The notes below the pieces were generated by a model. That model saw only the letters and a list, made by a program, of their open reading frames with translations. It did no database searches and had not been told where the DNA came from. 64,000 nt of DNA from Zootoca vivipara (taxonomy: Eukaryota). The stretch lies in the NCBI RefSeq assembly GCF_963506605.1, contig NC_083280.1:41602001-41666000 (forward strand), read 5' to 3'. Made by a program: the position numbers and the translations under genes. The stretch's first letter is position 1. Every line of letters starts with the position of its first letter. Positions 48,620 through 61,612 of the stretch are shown here, in pieces.

Positions 48620-49710
48620 TTCTAGGCTCCAGCAAACCTGAAACAGAAGCCTCATAGTTCTGTTCTGTGTTTTGGGTGGGGAGCCTTCAGGAGGCATAAA
48701 AGGAAAATAGATACTTGTGGGGGGCAGGGGGTTAATATTTCTCCACCCTCCTAAAGCCTTTCTGTGCTGTGCTATATAGAGCTAAGGTATTCAGTTTGCA
48801 GGGTGGGCTTCCTTTCCTGAGCATTTTATTGCTTTATAGTGGGGAGGGATGTGGTTTTTTATTCCCCATCTCCTAAAACCTTGCTTTATAATATGTATTC
48901 CAACAACCCTAATCTCTATGTCCAGGCTTGTGTAAGCTAGGGGCTTGAACCACCACTCACTGCCAGTATTTCCATTGTTCCTGGAGACAAGGCAGCTCAT
49001 AGTATGCAGTCCTTATCAGGCTGTTTGGCGTGGAGGTTATCTTCTCTTTTTTGTAATGTGTTAAATAATAATACCTAACAAGTCCCCTATGTCTGCAGAA
49101 ATTGCTACATTGTTTGTGGGTGGCCCGATTTTACTGCCAAACTGATAGGCACAGAACCATCGAAGTTATTTTAGAGCCCTCACTGCCTTGCTTGGCATCT
49201 CTGGAGGGGGTTTTACTGCCTTCCATCCAAGCTTAGAGGAGAGTCTACCTTCAGGATAGACTGACAAAACACAAATGGTCAATAAGTGGCATGAGGTACT
49301 ATGCATGTGTGCTGAGTCCTCTGCCTTTATTATTGTGTTGGGGAAATTTTTGATGCTTTGCAATGGGATAATATTTCATATTCCCCCGGGAATGGTGAAA
49401 CCTCACTTTTGTTTGTGGGTTGCCCTGGCTTGTCTTCAAAGTGATTGGCCACGGAGCAACAGAATTTTACTATTATATAAAACGGTTGCATTACTAATGT
49501 TTTGCCCTGTGACATGAAGTCCTTATAGAGTCTCACTTGCTAATTGGGTTGGCATGAAAAGTTCTTTGATAATTTGCAATTACACAGTTGACTTGCTCAG
49601 CCATTTAAAGATATCATTCAATCAGTATTAACAACTCGGGGAAGCTGAAACCATGATATCAAGTTAGACTAGAAGAGCTTTGAAAGTAAAATGTGTTTGT
49701 TACTTTTCAG

Positions 49711-49899
49711 GTTCAGTCTTACGATCCTGATACTAATTCTTGGCTACTCCGTGCAACAATCCCCATTGCAAAGAGATGTATAACAGCTGTATCACTAAAC
49801 AATCTCATCTATGTTGCGGGAGGGCTCACAAAGGCAATTTATTGTTATGATCCAGTTGAAGATTATTGGATGCATGTGCAGAATACATTCAGTCGACAG
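49711..49899 (+). CDS. KLHL24: Kelch-like 24, coding exon 5
   Basis: ttcag|GTT...CAG|gtaaca; VQSYDPDTNSW...NTFSRQ; 189 nt. Confidence 0.97.
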
Positions 49900-50909
49900 G
49901 TAACAACAAAGAACTAGCAAAGTTGCTCCTTTGTACATTGTATTTATCCAAATTTTAAACACATTGTGTTAGATCCAGATAAAAGCACATCTAATGAGGC
50001 TGACAAAAGCTAACTTTCTCATGAAAAGGCTATACCCTAAGAAGCAATGAAACAGGCTGGTGTTCATGTTAGCTTTCCAAACTTTTCATGTTGGTGAAAC
50101 ACTTTTTAGACATGCATCATTTCGCGACACAGTAATTCAGTTTTACTAGCAAACCAGCGGTTAAACTAACCCCTTTCCGGTTCTGGGAGGAGCCAACTTC
50201 AGCCAACACACTAACGTGTTGCAACAGTTTGGAAAGCTCTGGCCTACAACAGAAGGCCTAACACTTAGTAGAATTACACAAACCCTACTACTAGAAAACA
50301 GTTTATCATTTTGCTACAGTACTTTTGCCAACACATTTATAAAACCCATAAAGAAGCTTACTCGGAGGGTACCGGCCTCTGCTTATCCTATATTTTTACT
50401 CCTGATTTTCCTCTCATCTGTTTTGTGTAATATCTAACATCATTTTTGTCTGTTGTTTTGTAGTTTTCCATTCTTTCCAAAGTGTTCTTCTACCTAGTAT
50501 TTAAGACAACTCACAGCTCTTCTGCTTGTACTCCTTTTCAAATGTTCCAGCATATTTCCTCATTTGCTGCCAGTTATCTATCTTAATTTTGTTTTCACAT
50601 CATTCCTCTTTTCTTATATAGTACTGTGCATCCATTTTCTTAAACTTATCACTTACTTGATACTTATCTAGCCTTTTCCCAGCACAGTTGGCCAAGGATA
50701 GAATCCACTACAGATGTTCAACTATTGGGCCAAGATTAACAAAATGCTACAAAATTATTATGCTGCTCAAATCCAAGCCCAGACTGAGGAAATAGTTTAT
50801 TGTAGCCTAGCACATCTATTTTAGGGTGCATCAGGATGAGAATAACATACTAATAATCACAGCTATAAATGTTTTAATTATCAATTTTCTTCATGTATTT
50901 GATGAACAG

Positions 50910-51110
50910 GAAAACTGTGGCATGTCTGTGTGTAATGGCAAAATCTACATCCTTGGTGGGAGGCGAGAAAATGGAGAAGCTACAGATACCATTCTTTGTT
51001 ATGATCCTGCCACCAGCATCATCACAGGAGTAGCAGCAATGCCCAGGCCAGTCTCATACCATGGCTGTGTGACTATTCACAGATACAATGAAAAGCACTT
51101 TAAACTCTAA
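50910..51110 (+). CDS. KLHL24: Kelch-like 24, last coding exon
   Basis: aacag|GAA; ENCGMSVCNGKIY...HRYNEKHFKL*. The six exons total 1806 nt, 601 aa. Confidence 0.97.
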   Translation, partial: ENCGMSVCNGKIYILGGRRENGEATDTILCYDPATSIITGVAAMPRPVSYHGCVTIHRYNEKHFKL

Positions 51111-51288
51111 AAAAGAGGAGTCTGTAAATACAAACAAGTGGCATATTACAATCAGGATTTGAAAGCTGCCTTTTCCAAAGTATCATCTGGAAAGATACAA
51201 GATTGTACTTTTTCCTTCTACAATTTTGAAAGTGATTCCTATTGTAATTGTTAAATGTTTTCAATAACCACAATTCAGTCATTTTTCC

Positions 51289-51696
51289 CAGAGCAATCCT
51301 AACCCTTGATCTGTACTGCTGGTGGGGTAAAAGATGGGCTCCCTCTCTAGTGGGATCAGTTGGCACCGGGCTCTGCTGCCACAGTGTCCCCCATTGTGCC
51401 CACTGAAAGTGCAACAGAGCAACGCTAACACAGGCAGTGACTGCCATAAGAACCCAAAATGGGCAGGGTGGAACAGGGCAAGCAATGGAACTGCTAAATC
51501 CAAAGCAGATCCATTTCATGGCAAGGAACCTGATTTGGGCTTCTCGGCTACATCAGCAAGGAGCTAGTGGAGCAAGAATGTTGGAAACAACTATCCCTGC
51601 TCCCCCGCCCCCCCCCCAGCCCAAATGCAGATGTCACAGTGATCCTTCTGCTCTGTTCCACCCTGCTGTACCCTGGGCCCAGTTAGGATTGCTCTG
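51289..51696. mobile_element. TIR element (PIF/Harbinger-like MITE) in the KLHL24 3' UTR
   Basis: Perfect 15-bp TIR cagagcaatcctaac / gttaggattgctctg; 3-bp flanks tcc / tcc. Confidence 0.7.
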
Positions 51697-54332
51697 TCCT
51701 AACATGTTCTGGTTTGAAAACTTATAAAACTGGCACTTATCAATTTATATTAGTAATTATATTAGTAATTAGAGCATGTTCACTTCTATGTTATCTGTAA
51801 AACAAAACACCTTGGATTTTGGGTGTATAGCAGTGCCTTTGGAAGTATTCATCCCTATTTTATATGAAGCATTATCTGCATATTTTCATACCTTATTTGT
51901 GGTAAGCACTGTTAACAACAGTGTGGGCATTAGAATTGGAATTCTGTCTGAAGATCTAAATAACTTCCAAATATTGCATTGGCCTTTGGTAACACGATAG
52001 ACCCCTCATCAGTAAGCACTATATGTACAGGGACATTCAGTGAGGAAAGCACACACCAATCACACATGGTTATTTGAATATAATCATGGGATTGCTTTAA
52101 ATCTTGCTTCTACACCAAGTCTGAGAAGCTATTGATTCTCCCTTGAGTGTTCAGAATTCCCACTTGAAAGCTATCTGAGCTCAAATCACAAGTATCCACT
52201 AGAAATGTTCTGTAGAACCTATGAAGATTTTCTCTGATTAAGATTAAATTTGTGCTCAGGTTCAGTATTGTTTACTGTTCTCAGATAGCAAGTCAATAGA
52301 TCTTAGGGGTAGGGAGTTCTTGATTATGATAATACCTTTAGAACCAATAAGTTAAAAAAACCTGTTGATTAATACCGGTTTGTCTTAGTTTTATTTTTTT
52401 TAATGGAATAGGGCAGGCAATGCAGCTATTCTTGAAAATTTGGCAGAGATCCACACCTTGTGGTATGAATCATCATCTGAGTTACAATATTTTACTGTAG
52501 CACTCCTTAAACAGCATAAGTAAATTTGTTATACTTACTCATGTCTCCATGGAAGAACTCTGTTATACCTGGTCACTGAATTAGTAACTAAACATGTAAT
52601 TGTCACTGCACTTAATTTATGCTGTATTTTGTTAATGATCAGTGGCCTGTGATAGACACAGCACAATAATAATTTGCTGCAAATGATAAATAACTGATGC
52701 AGCTACACAGAACTGACAAAATTAATTATGCAAACATGTCTAATACAAGAAAAGTCCATTATGTCATATTAAACTGTAATTTTAATTTGTACTTTTATGT
52801 CAGTTTCCTGAGCCTTACTTTGACAAGTTTCCTAACTCTAATATATGACAAAGTTTGTACTTAAAGTGTTTACGTTGCTCTGAATACTATTCTTTTTAGG
52901 ACAGTGCATATGATGCTTATGTAAGCCAATCCATAGCCTCTCATTTTTATGCATTTCCATTTTACATTGTCCATCCAACGTATACTAGCTTTATGGGTCT
53001 GCAAGGTTTATTGTTTCTTAAACTGACATTTTAGTTTTATGTAAAAATAGATTGTGAAGCAGTGAATGAAACAATGGTCCTTGCAACTACTTAATCCGGC
53101 ACATTCCAATGAATGCAATTATTAAGCAGTAAGTCTGAGTTTTGTGGCCTTAGTATCCCTTATTTAACACATCTGTTTTGTTAGGAGGTTGTTGAGCCAA
53201 TATTTGTTTTCAAAAGAAGATATGGCTCAAATGACCCACTGAGTGCTTTCTCATATGTTATATGACTGTGTTGAGTCTTCCATGTTCTGACTATGGAAGC
53301 AACTACATAGTAGTATCATTGCCTGTGCTTCTATCATTGAGTAAATTGTGCTACTACTATTTTCTAGATTAAGCATCTTATATAGTGAATATTCAATATT
53401 AGCTGTATGAATGAGCAATACTATATCTTAACCAAAGATTGCATTTTTCTGATCAATATTTTTTCTTTAAAACATAAAAATTAATGCATAAAGTGTATAT
53501 CACTTTGTATGTTTCTATAAAGAAAAAAAGGATGAAGTGGATCCTCATGCCATTATTCTTTTGAATGGGTATACATTTTAAAGAAGTAGTTCACAAGTGG
53601 CAGATATTAGACAATTTACTGGATGGTACCCAATACCAATATTTTCATGGCTACTCTTTTGGAGCCAACATTAAGCTTGGCTCCCATTGATATTGGGCCA
53701 TGCACAGACTATGATGTCTGCATTTTTCCTTTGCTGATTTCTTTTTACTTTGGGTAACATCGCAATCACTGCAACCTTAGAACTTCAAGTTTAAACACAC
53801 ATATCTGGGAAAAGGCCCCATTTCTTTTGAATATACATGTATAGGATTGCACTGCAAATCATCTGTGTAACATCAATTATTTGAGACACTTTAATGATGC
53901 TAGTTTAAAAAATCTGTTTGTAGTTGCAAATAAATCAAACTGCTTTTAGCTTTTTGAAAACGGTACTTATGCATCTGCTTGTAGTTTGGCATATGTCAGA
54001 ATAATATTTGCTTTATGCAGGAAATTAACCTTTACAAACTTTATATATAGTTTATTTTATCCTAATTTACTTGCATGCTCACTCTCCCTCCTTAGAGTTT
54101 ACTTAAGTGGAATTCACATGGAAAAATTGATTAAGGGGGAAACAGCTGCATGTTTTACAGTGATTTGCATCCTTCAGCATGAATCTTTATGGAATATATT
54201 ATTTCGCTTTAACTCACCTAAGTTCACTTTTGCTGTATACTGCGAGCTGGGTCCCTCTTTTTTGACTATCCTCTGGTCTGTGCTTTGATGCTGTGACATA
54301 GCTTAGCCTCCAGGAAACCTGATACTTTGCAT

Positions 54333-54404
54333 CAGTGCCTTTTTTCTGGGGATACACAAGGGTACGCAGTACCGGCACATTTTTTTCCTAGAAGAAAAGC
54401 ACTG
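54333..54404. mobile_element. 72-bp hAT micro-MITE
   Basis: cagtgcctttt...aaaagcactg ends; TSD ctttgcat / ctctgcat. Confidence 0.75.
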
Positions 54405-57400
54405 CTCTGCATGTTTGTTTAGTCCCAAGCGAAAGGGGGGTGACTTCTGATATAAGGAATTACAGCCTTACTATACTAGCTGCAGACTTGATCCTCAACC
54501 TGTGCTTACTGTGCCTTAAACCTGATCCTGGTTGGGATCCAGCTGTGGACACAATAAGGCCTACCACTGCCTAATTCTGATTTAAACCACATTCATTTGT
54601 GGGATGGGCACACAAGTCATCTGTAAACCTCAGTAGTTTAATTGTATTTTTGTAGCCCCATCAAGGCTGCAGATTCTACCTCCTCAGTCATGCAATCTGG
54701 GTGCATATCCCATTCCTAGGAGAAAATACATTTGCTTTCACTTTTTCTTTCTCAACACTGCTTGCACTAGTATCTTGACTTTTGATATGCAGAAGTAAAA
54801 TACTATGTCGGGTATTCAACTCCAAGTAGACACATTGTAATTAATGAACATGACTAAGTTAGGTCCGTTAATTTCAATAGGTTTATTCTGAGTTTGCTTA
54901 TTTGAGTATCTTCCTAAAACTGGTGAAAATATTATAAAACAAAGAAAGCAGAATATTTTACATGATGAAGCGATCTCAGGAATCACATTTCATTTTCTAA
55001 TTGAAATAAAATATACATCTAATCCAGTGATAACAAGTAGAAAGTTACTGATTTATATCCAAGTGTCCTAAAAAAGGAAATATTTGTGGAAAAGAATGAG
55101 ATTTGGCAAACCAAAAGTTCTCATTCCTATGAATAAGAACCATTGCCAGATAACAATAAATATACTGTGCTACACTTTGCTTTTGTACTCGTGAATAACT
55201 GTACAGTCATTGTCAGGAAAGATGGCGATTAAATATGATCTAATGAAGCTCTGTTTTTTAAAAAAATGCTGTACATATATAATGTTTGTGTTTACAGTTC
55301 CTTCTGAATTGCACGTATAAAGTTGTGCCTGCTTTGTAAATACACTCAGCTTTTTATGGTTGTGAAGCACCATCCCAGATATACATTGGATTTCATCTTG
55401 AAGTTGTTGGTTTTGGGTTGTTGTTTTTTTACCATTTTAGAGGTCTTTTTTAGTTGATTAAAGTTTATACAGACAATTATCAGTAAATAGTGAACACATA
55501 TAGTTAAAATTGCAATATATATTTGGGCAATAATGCTTTTTTAAAGATGAGCAATTTATTTACTTGACAAAATATATTTACAGTGCAAGCCTATAAGTAT
55601 CTACGCAGAAGTAGGTCACTGAGTTCAATGGGGCTTACTCCTAGCTAAGCAGGTATAGGATTGCAGCCTTAGGTGTAGCTATAGCCCATTGTGAGAAAAC
55701 AGTTGCTGAACATATAACATAGAATCATATATCTTGCAAAAGATACCTGTTCAGCAACATTTCCTGGACCCTTGTAAACAAACTTACTTCAAGAGCAATT
55801 CAAAAACTGACTTGTTAAAGCATAGAAAATGTTACCTGCACGCAAAATGAAGATACCTGTTTGCATTTGGTGAGCTCAATAAATATTCACAGTGGTTTCA
55901 AAAAGTGAAATGTATTCATATTTGGTCACTGAGTTGTGCTTGCTGCAATTTTTTTTTATCTTTCCCAAGATTGTATATTAACATTGCCAGTTGCATGAAA
56001 GAAGTAGTGAAGGAATGGGTGTTAACAATTTTGATACTGAAATGAAACATTTGTTAAGGATTTCGTTTTGAAAGAAGTGAGTTTTCTACCTGTACTTCCA
56101 TTTCTCTAAAACTAGCAGTCTGGGAAATAACTTTGATTTTATTATTGCAATCTAATTCTTAGAAAAACGGCATTGTTTCAATCTGCTTCTTTAAAAATAT
56201 TGCACCCAAAATTTGAGATGAGTGCCTTCTAGACTTGCCTCCTTGGCAAGTCTAGTACATTCTGTTTAACATAATACCCTGTACACCGCAGGAAGGCAGA
56301 ATCCAGACTTGTGAGATGTACTGTACTTTACTAGACCATCAAGATCCTTGATACAAGATACAGTACAAGATACAGTAATAGTTTGGAATGGGGATAGTTT
56401 GAGAGATGTACACCTAGAATTAAGGAACAGGGCATCTTAAACACATGCTCAGCCCCATAATTTATTCTCAGTACTGAACTCACTGTTTTTTCACAGAAAA
56501 TTCTATGCCCCGTTTCCTCTAAAGCTTTCTTATTCTTGACAGTCCAATTTTGAAAGAGTGAAAAGCCTTTTACGTTGGCGTTATTACTATTGAAAAGCAG
56601 AAATCCTTGCTGATATACTGTAAATAGTCAAGAGATCCTGATCTATTTCCATATCCATCCAGATACTCTGTCACTTTTAAGCACCCTGAAAAGGTTGCTT
56701 TTGCAAGATTTTCAGATTTAGCAGTTTGACGGGTATACAATGAGTTAACTTAGTACGTTTCAAATCAAATTCTTACATGAGATTTGTCCTCCTAATATAA
56801 TTGAAAAGTATGTTGCTTAATATTTTTCTTACCAATGAAAAACTCAAATAGGCCAACATTCCTTTTCAGTTCAGTTACAGCGCTTTCTGAATACAGTAAT
56901 TATGTCAGTACTGCAGGATAAATGGCAGCTAAACATATAAAACTCATCATGTGAAATCTTACAGTTGTAACTCAAGGATTTCATCTAGTGACAGCAGTTT
57001 TAACAATTATCATTCATTTATATGCTTTATGAATGCATTGCCCTACCTAAGTCTGTTCTCAGAACTATGTTAACACTTAGTTTGTATTGTTGTAATGCTC
57101 AAATGATTCAGACAATATTTTAATGTTTTGTGTATGTATTTATAGGTATGTGTGATTTCTTTTTGTAATCATTTTAGAATATTAAAGATGGTTATTTAGA
57201 AATTATACATTTGAAGCTACTGTGTAATGATATGTAGCAGTATTTAAGTGTGTGTGAAAAGCATGTGATTTTAGCTTATTTTGTATAATTAATCCAAAGA
57301 ATAGAGAATCTGTATGTTTGTAAACAAATCTATTCTTGGTGTAATCTTTGCCAAAAAAATCAAATTCTGAATAAATATTGCTAATTTGCATAATTTTGGT

Positions 57401-58248
57401 TTGCCTCTTTTCTTGCTTTTTTTTCTCATTGAGAATTTTGCCCTACCAGAGTTTGGAAAACACAGGTTTGTAAAGATTGGCCATATTATTCCCATGCTTA
57501 TATACTCTGAATAAACCTCCTTTGTTTTTCACTGCCACGTGTATGTTGGTTTCTCACTTCTTGCAGATGGAAATATTTATTTTCCCTGTGCTCAGAAACA
57601 GCGTTTACTATTGCTGGGAAGATGCCATTTTACACAGCAAGCGCTGCTATTTTCTGAGTTTTATGTCATGCTGGCTCAGACCAAGTCTTGGTCTGTTTCC
57701 AGCCATGGGCATTCACAAGCCAGAATATACTTAAAGATGAAAATTCAGATTCTGCAAAAGATTCAGTACAAGGCTATATGCTACTGAGCTTATATAATTG
57801 TGCTTATAACTGCATCTGTCAGCATGAAAATCTCCATTATTCAAAGTATGGGTGTCCAGTTGGCAAGTTCCTTGCATACTTGTAACTCAGTAAAAGATCA
57901 CAGCCTTGGCACTATAGGACCCTTTATGCACACAATTTTAACTAGCTGAGACTAGTTTATAATACTTTGGTGTGCTGCTCCTTATTCAGTGTGGAGCTGC
58001 AAATAGGAACTAGGATATGAAAAATATTGTGTGCTGAAATAAGTTCAGAACCACCTCAAATCATGTCACTGGTGCCTACTTCACTATATCTACCACCTTA
58101 TCAAGTTCAACATTGCAGATAACTTGGTTGTTATAATTCCTCCTCTAAACACTACCAATATAATTTTTGAACTCAGAGATCCGGAATGGTGGTCAACCAA
58201 AATTCTTCTCCCAGGTAGCAATTTCCGCAACAAGCTTTCAATCAACCT

Positions 58249-58634
58249 GTTGTTGTTGTTTAGTCATTTAGTCGTGTCCGACTCTTCGTGACCCCATGGA
58301 CCATAGCACGCCAGGCACTCCTGTCTTGCACTGCCTCCCGCAGTTTGGTCAAACTCATGTTCGTAGCCTCGAGAACACTGTCCAACCATCTCGTCCTCTG
58401 TCGTCCCCTTCTCCTAGTGCCCTCAATCTTTCCCAACATCAGGGTCTTTTCCAAGGATTCTTCTCTTCTCATGAGGTGGCCAAAGTATTGGAGCCTCAGC
58501 TTCACGATCTGTCCTTCCAGGGAGCACTCAGGGCTGATTTCCTTCAGAATGGATAGGTTTGATCTTCTTGCAGTCCATGGGACTCTCAAGAGTCTCCTCC
58601 AGCACCATAATTCAAAAGCATCAATTCTTCGGCG
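58249..58634 (-). mobile_element. BovB LINE, 5'-truncated, with (CAA)n tail and TSD
   Basis: RVPWTARRSN...HGVTKSRTRLND*; tail gttgttgttgtt; atcaacct at 58241-58248 and 58635-58642. Confidence 0.95.
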
Positions 58635-58803
58635 ATCAACCTACACACTCTGAATTATCACTGGGGGGGGAAGATAGACCCTGTTCCCTAGACTATTAAC
58701 AGCTAAGCTTCAAAAATGCCACCCATTTTCACTACTGTTTGTGCACTTAGACCTACTGGTGAACATGATTAGCAACAGGACTGACAGCGAAATTACTTGT
58801 AAC

Positions 58804-58974
58804 CATGGCCATAGCCAAAGGGGGCAGGGAGGGGCAGCTGCCCCCCCTAGATCAAGTAAAACAGTAGAAATACTTAACTGACTGACCAATCACGATGGTT
58901 CTGGCCCCCTAACAAAACTTTTGGGCCCCCAACAAAGTCCTGCCCCCATAACAAAAATCCTGTCTACACCCATG
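58804..58974. mobile_element. hAT-type MITE
   Basis: catggccatagcca / tgtctacacccatg ends; TSD cttgtaac / cttataac. Confidence 0.75.
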
Positions 58975-59629
58975 CTTATAACTAGAGTTATCAACAACAG
59001 CAAAGCCCATTAAATATCAACATGTTCACAGAGAACACTGCCCTATTTATATCCAACCTGAATAATTAGATCCCCATGTTAATGTTGTTAATGAAGAGCT
59101 TTGGGAACTTGCGAAAGAGTTTGGGATCCACTGCTGTACTGCATCATTTATCTCAGGAAAGGATTCGTCAAGCCTGGAAAAAAGGTGGGCAGCAGATACG
59201 TGAAGACGAGGAGTTCCCCCCTCTTCTTTCTTTTGGACTCGCTGTTCGTGAGAGATCAGCGGAGAGATCTGGTCCTTTCCGGTTGCATGTGAGCAACCCA
59301 CTGCCCAAGATCACAGCTTAACGAGCCGTTCCAAAACCGACCATTACATTGGTTCCAGGTTCATTTTAAATTTAGCCCGATTTGCGGGGGTTGGGGGGGT
59401 GTTGCTCTATAACTGACCAGCTTCCCAAATTCTAACCCCTAAGATTGCAAACTAGCAGTCCCCCCCTTTTTTTAATTGCGGGGGCCGAACTGCTACGGGA
59501 CAAAAACAATATTGCAAAAAGCAATTAAAAATCGCAATCGACCAACAGGAGATAAAACATTACCGTAGTCAAAAGAGGAAAGAAAAGGCACTTAAAAAAA
59601 AGTTTCTCAGGGAAATAGAAAGAAAGAAA

Positions 59630-60350
59630 GAAACCAGCGCCTCGGGCTCCTCGGATCCTTCAGCATCTGGGCTGAGCCCAAGCCGCGGCTGCAAAGAGAG
59701 CGCCCTGCCGGCGGCGCCCCCTCGCGAAACCGGCTTTTCCCAATGCCCGCCCCTTCTCCGCTCTCCGCCTGCGCAGCCGCGCCCCGCCGTTGCCGTGACG
59801 GGCAGGCGAGAGGGGACGGAGTTGATGGCGGCTGCGCGGTAGAGACGCTGGCCTCGCTGGAGCTCAGGGCTGGGCGGAGGCGAAAGGGACTCACTGGCGG
59901 CGGCGGCGGCGGCCCATCGGGGCGTCTTCGGCGAAGGCGGGTGAGTTGCGCGGCCCCGAGACGGGGCTCCGCTTCCCGCCCGCGGGGCTGAGGAGGAGCG
60001 GGGCGTTTGCGCGCGGGGGAGAGAGCGCCCCCCTCTGGCGCGGGGCCTCGACTCTGGCAGCAGGCGCGGGGGTCCCCATCCCAAAGAAGAGGGTGTCGAG
60101 GCGCTCGCCTCCGCCAGAGTCCCCGAAGTTTGCTCGCTCGTGCAACTTGGTCGGCGCTGGAGCCGAAAAGTCCCATCTGGCACCCCGATCCTGGCCGTGT
60201 TTGCTTGCTGCTGGAAGTAAGACCCGCGGGAGCTTATGGTTAACTTTACTCCCAAGTTAGCCCTCTGGAAGCTGCAGTCTTGCAGACGGATCCTAACTAA
60301 GCGCGTTTACTTGCGGGCACGCGCAGCCCCAGTCCCTCGTCGAGTTTGCT
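59630..60350 (+). promoter_or_regulatory. YEATS2: CpG island: YEATS2 promoter and non-coding exon 1
   Basis: Very high GC and CpG content; (GGC)n tract near 59896; donor CGG|gtgagt at 59940/59941. Confidence 0.8.
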
Positions 60351-61572
60351 ACATGTCCCGCGGATTGCAACTGGTTCGCCTAACGCTGCAAAGGATCGGG
60401 CTGTTAAAGAGGGCAGTACGATTTTATGGCTACCTGGAAACAAGTTGCCAGGCACATGTAGGACCAGCCAAAGCATTGTTGTTTCTCACAGGGGTCTTCC
60501 CAAAGGCCACCCTACTGAGTTTTGCATGTTGCGTGAACATCTTGCTAGAAGCCATCCTTGGTGTGCTTTTCCTTGATGCTCCTGCAGTCATTCAGGCTTG
60601 TTCTGAAGACCCTCAGAAAGTTGGCTCCTAATAGCACAAATGGCTCCTTTGCAAACTAGCATGCCACAGTGACTCACTGTTCCTGTGCCAGCTTCCTTGT
60701 AGCCCCATCATAACTTGCTTCCCAGTGCAATCGTTTATGTCTACATCTATTCTGAAGTAAGCCCCATTGTGTTCAGTAGGACTTGCTCCCGCTTAAATGA
60801 GCTTTAAAGTCCCACGGTGTTTGGTAGTAATGCACCGTGACCGAAGCAGCATTTTGCAATGCCTAATAATAGCTTGAGCTATCAGCTTGTTTTGCTTTGG
60901 TCACTCGTAGTTGTGATTTGGTAAAGATCTTAAGTTGGAAATTGAAATACTATTCTGCTCGTAACAGAACATGCTGGGAAACTTGAGCTTCAAGAAAATG
61001 ATTGTTTTCACTTGTCTAAAAGAGTTTTTCTTCAACAGGGGTAACTGGAAAGGAAACTGAAAAGCCTTCAACAGAGGTACAGTGACATTTGAGGGAAAAC
61101 AGATTCTGCCTTTTTGACACATCTGAGGTAAAATATTGCAGAAAGGTTTTTTTCCATTCATAATGGCCTTTCATTGTCTTTCTGTGTGAGTCATTCACCG
61201 AGGACATCTATGTATTCACTCATATGTCTTCGCACATAACTTTGCTAAGGAGAGTGAGCAGCAAAAGGAAGGTTTCGACAATGTGTGAAGAAATAATTGT
61301 GCAGGATTAGGGCCTTTGTTGGTGGCTGGTCACACATTTGCCCCCTCTAGGCATTCTGATGCCAGGTAGAAGAATAATCCAAGGGGGGCACGGGCACTAG
61401 CTCTGTCTCCCCTTGTTGCCATTCTCTTCACCCCCCATGAGTAGCAATGTGAAGAATATCTGTTTGGAGTCTCAAACAACAAAATGAAAATAGTCCATCA
61501 TAATAGCAGATTATGCATTAATAGTAGCCCTCAGGTGTTCTGATGCTATTTAGATAAATTATTGCAGTAGAT

Positions 61573-61612
<40 letters not shown>

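Larger units (their letters stand above)
51111..57400 (+). other. KLHL24: Probable long (about 6.3 kb) 3' UTR of KLHL24
   Basis: AT-rich, TE-poor stretch with UTR-like motifs; ATTAAA at 57181 and AATAAA at 57370. The end position is inferred. Confidence 0.55.

Noticed and set aside
47677-48697. Multiple overlapping ORFs in the GC-rich part of the hAT
   Set aside because: GC-driven frames with no homology I can recognise.
59047-59321. Short ORFs upstream of YEATS2 as a retrocopy or divergent gene
   Set aside because: No recognisable protein, poly(A) tail or TSD; cannot be supported from sequence alone.
59569-60631. Long ORFs (228, 189 and 131 aa) at the YEATS2 5' end
   Set aside because: Low-complexity Arg/Pro/Ala/Gly frames expected in a stop-poor CpG island; no recognisable domain.
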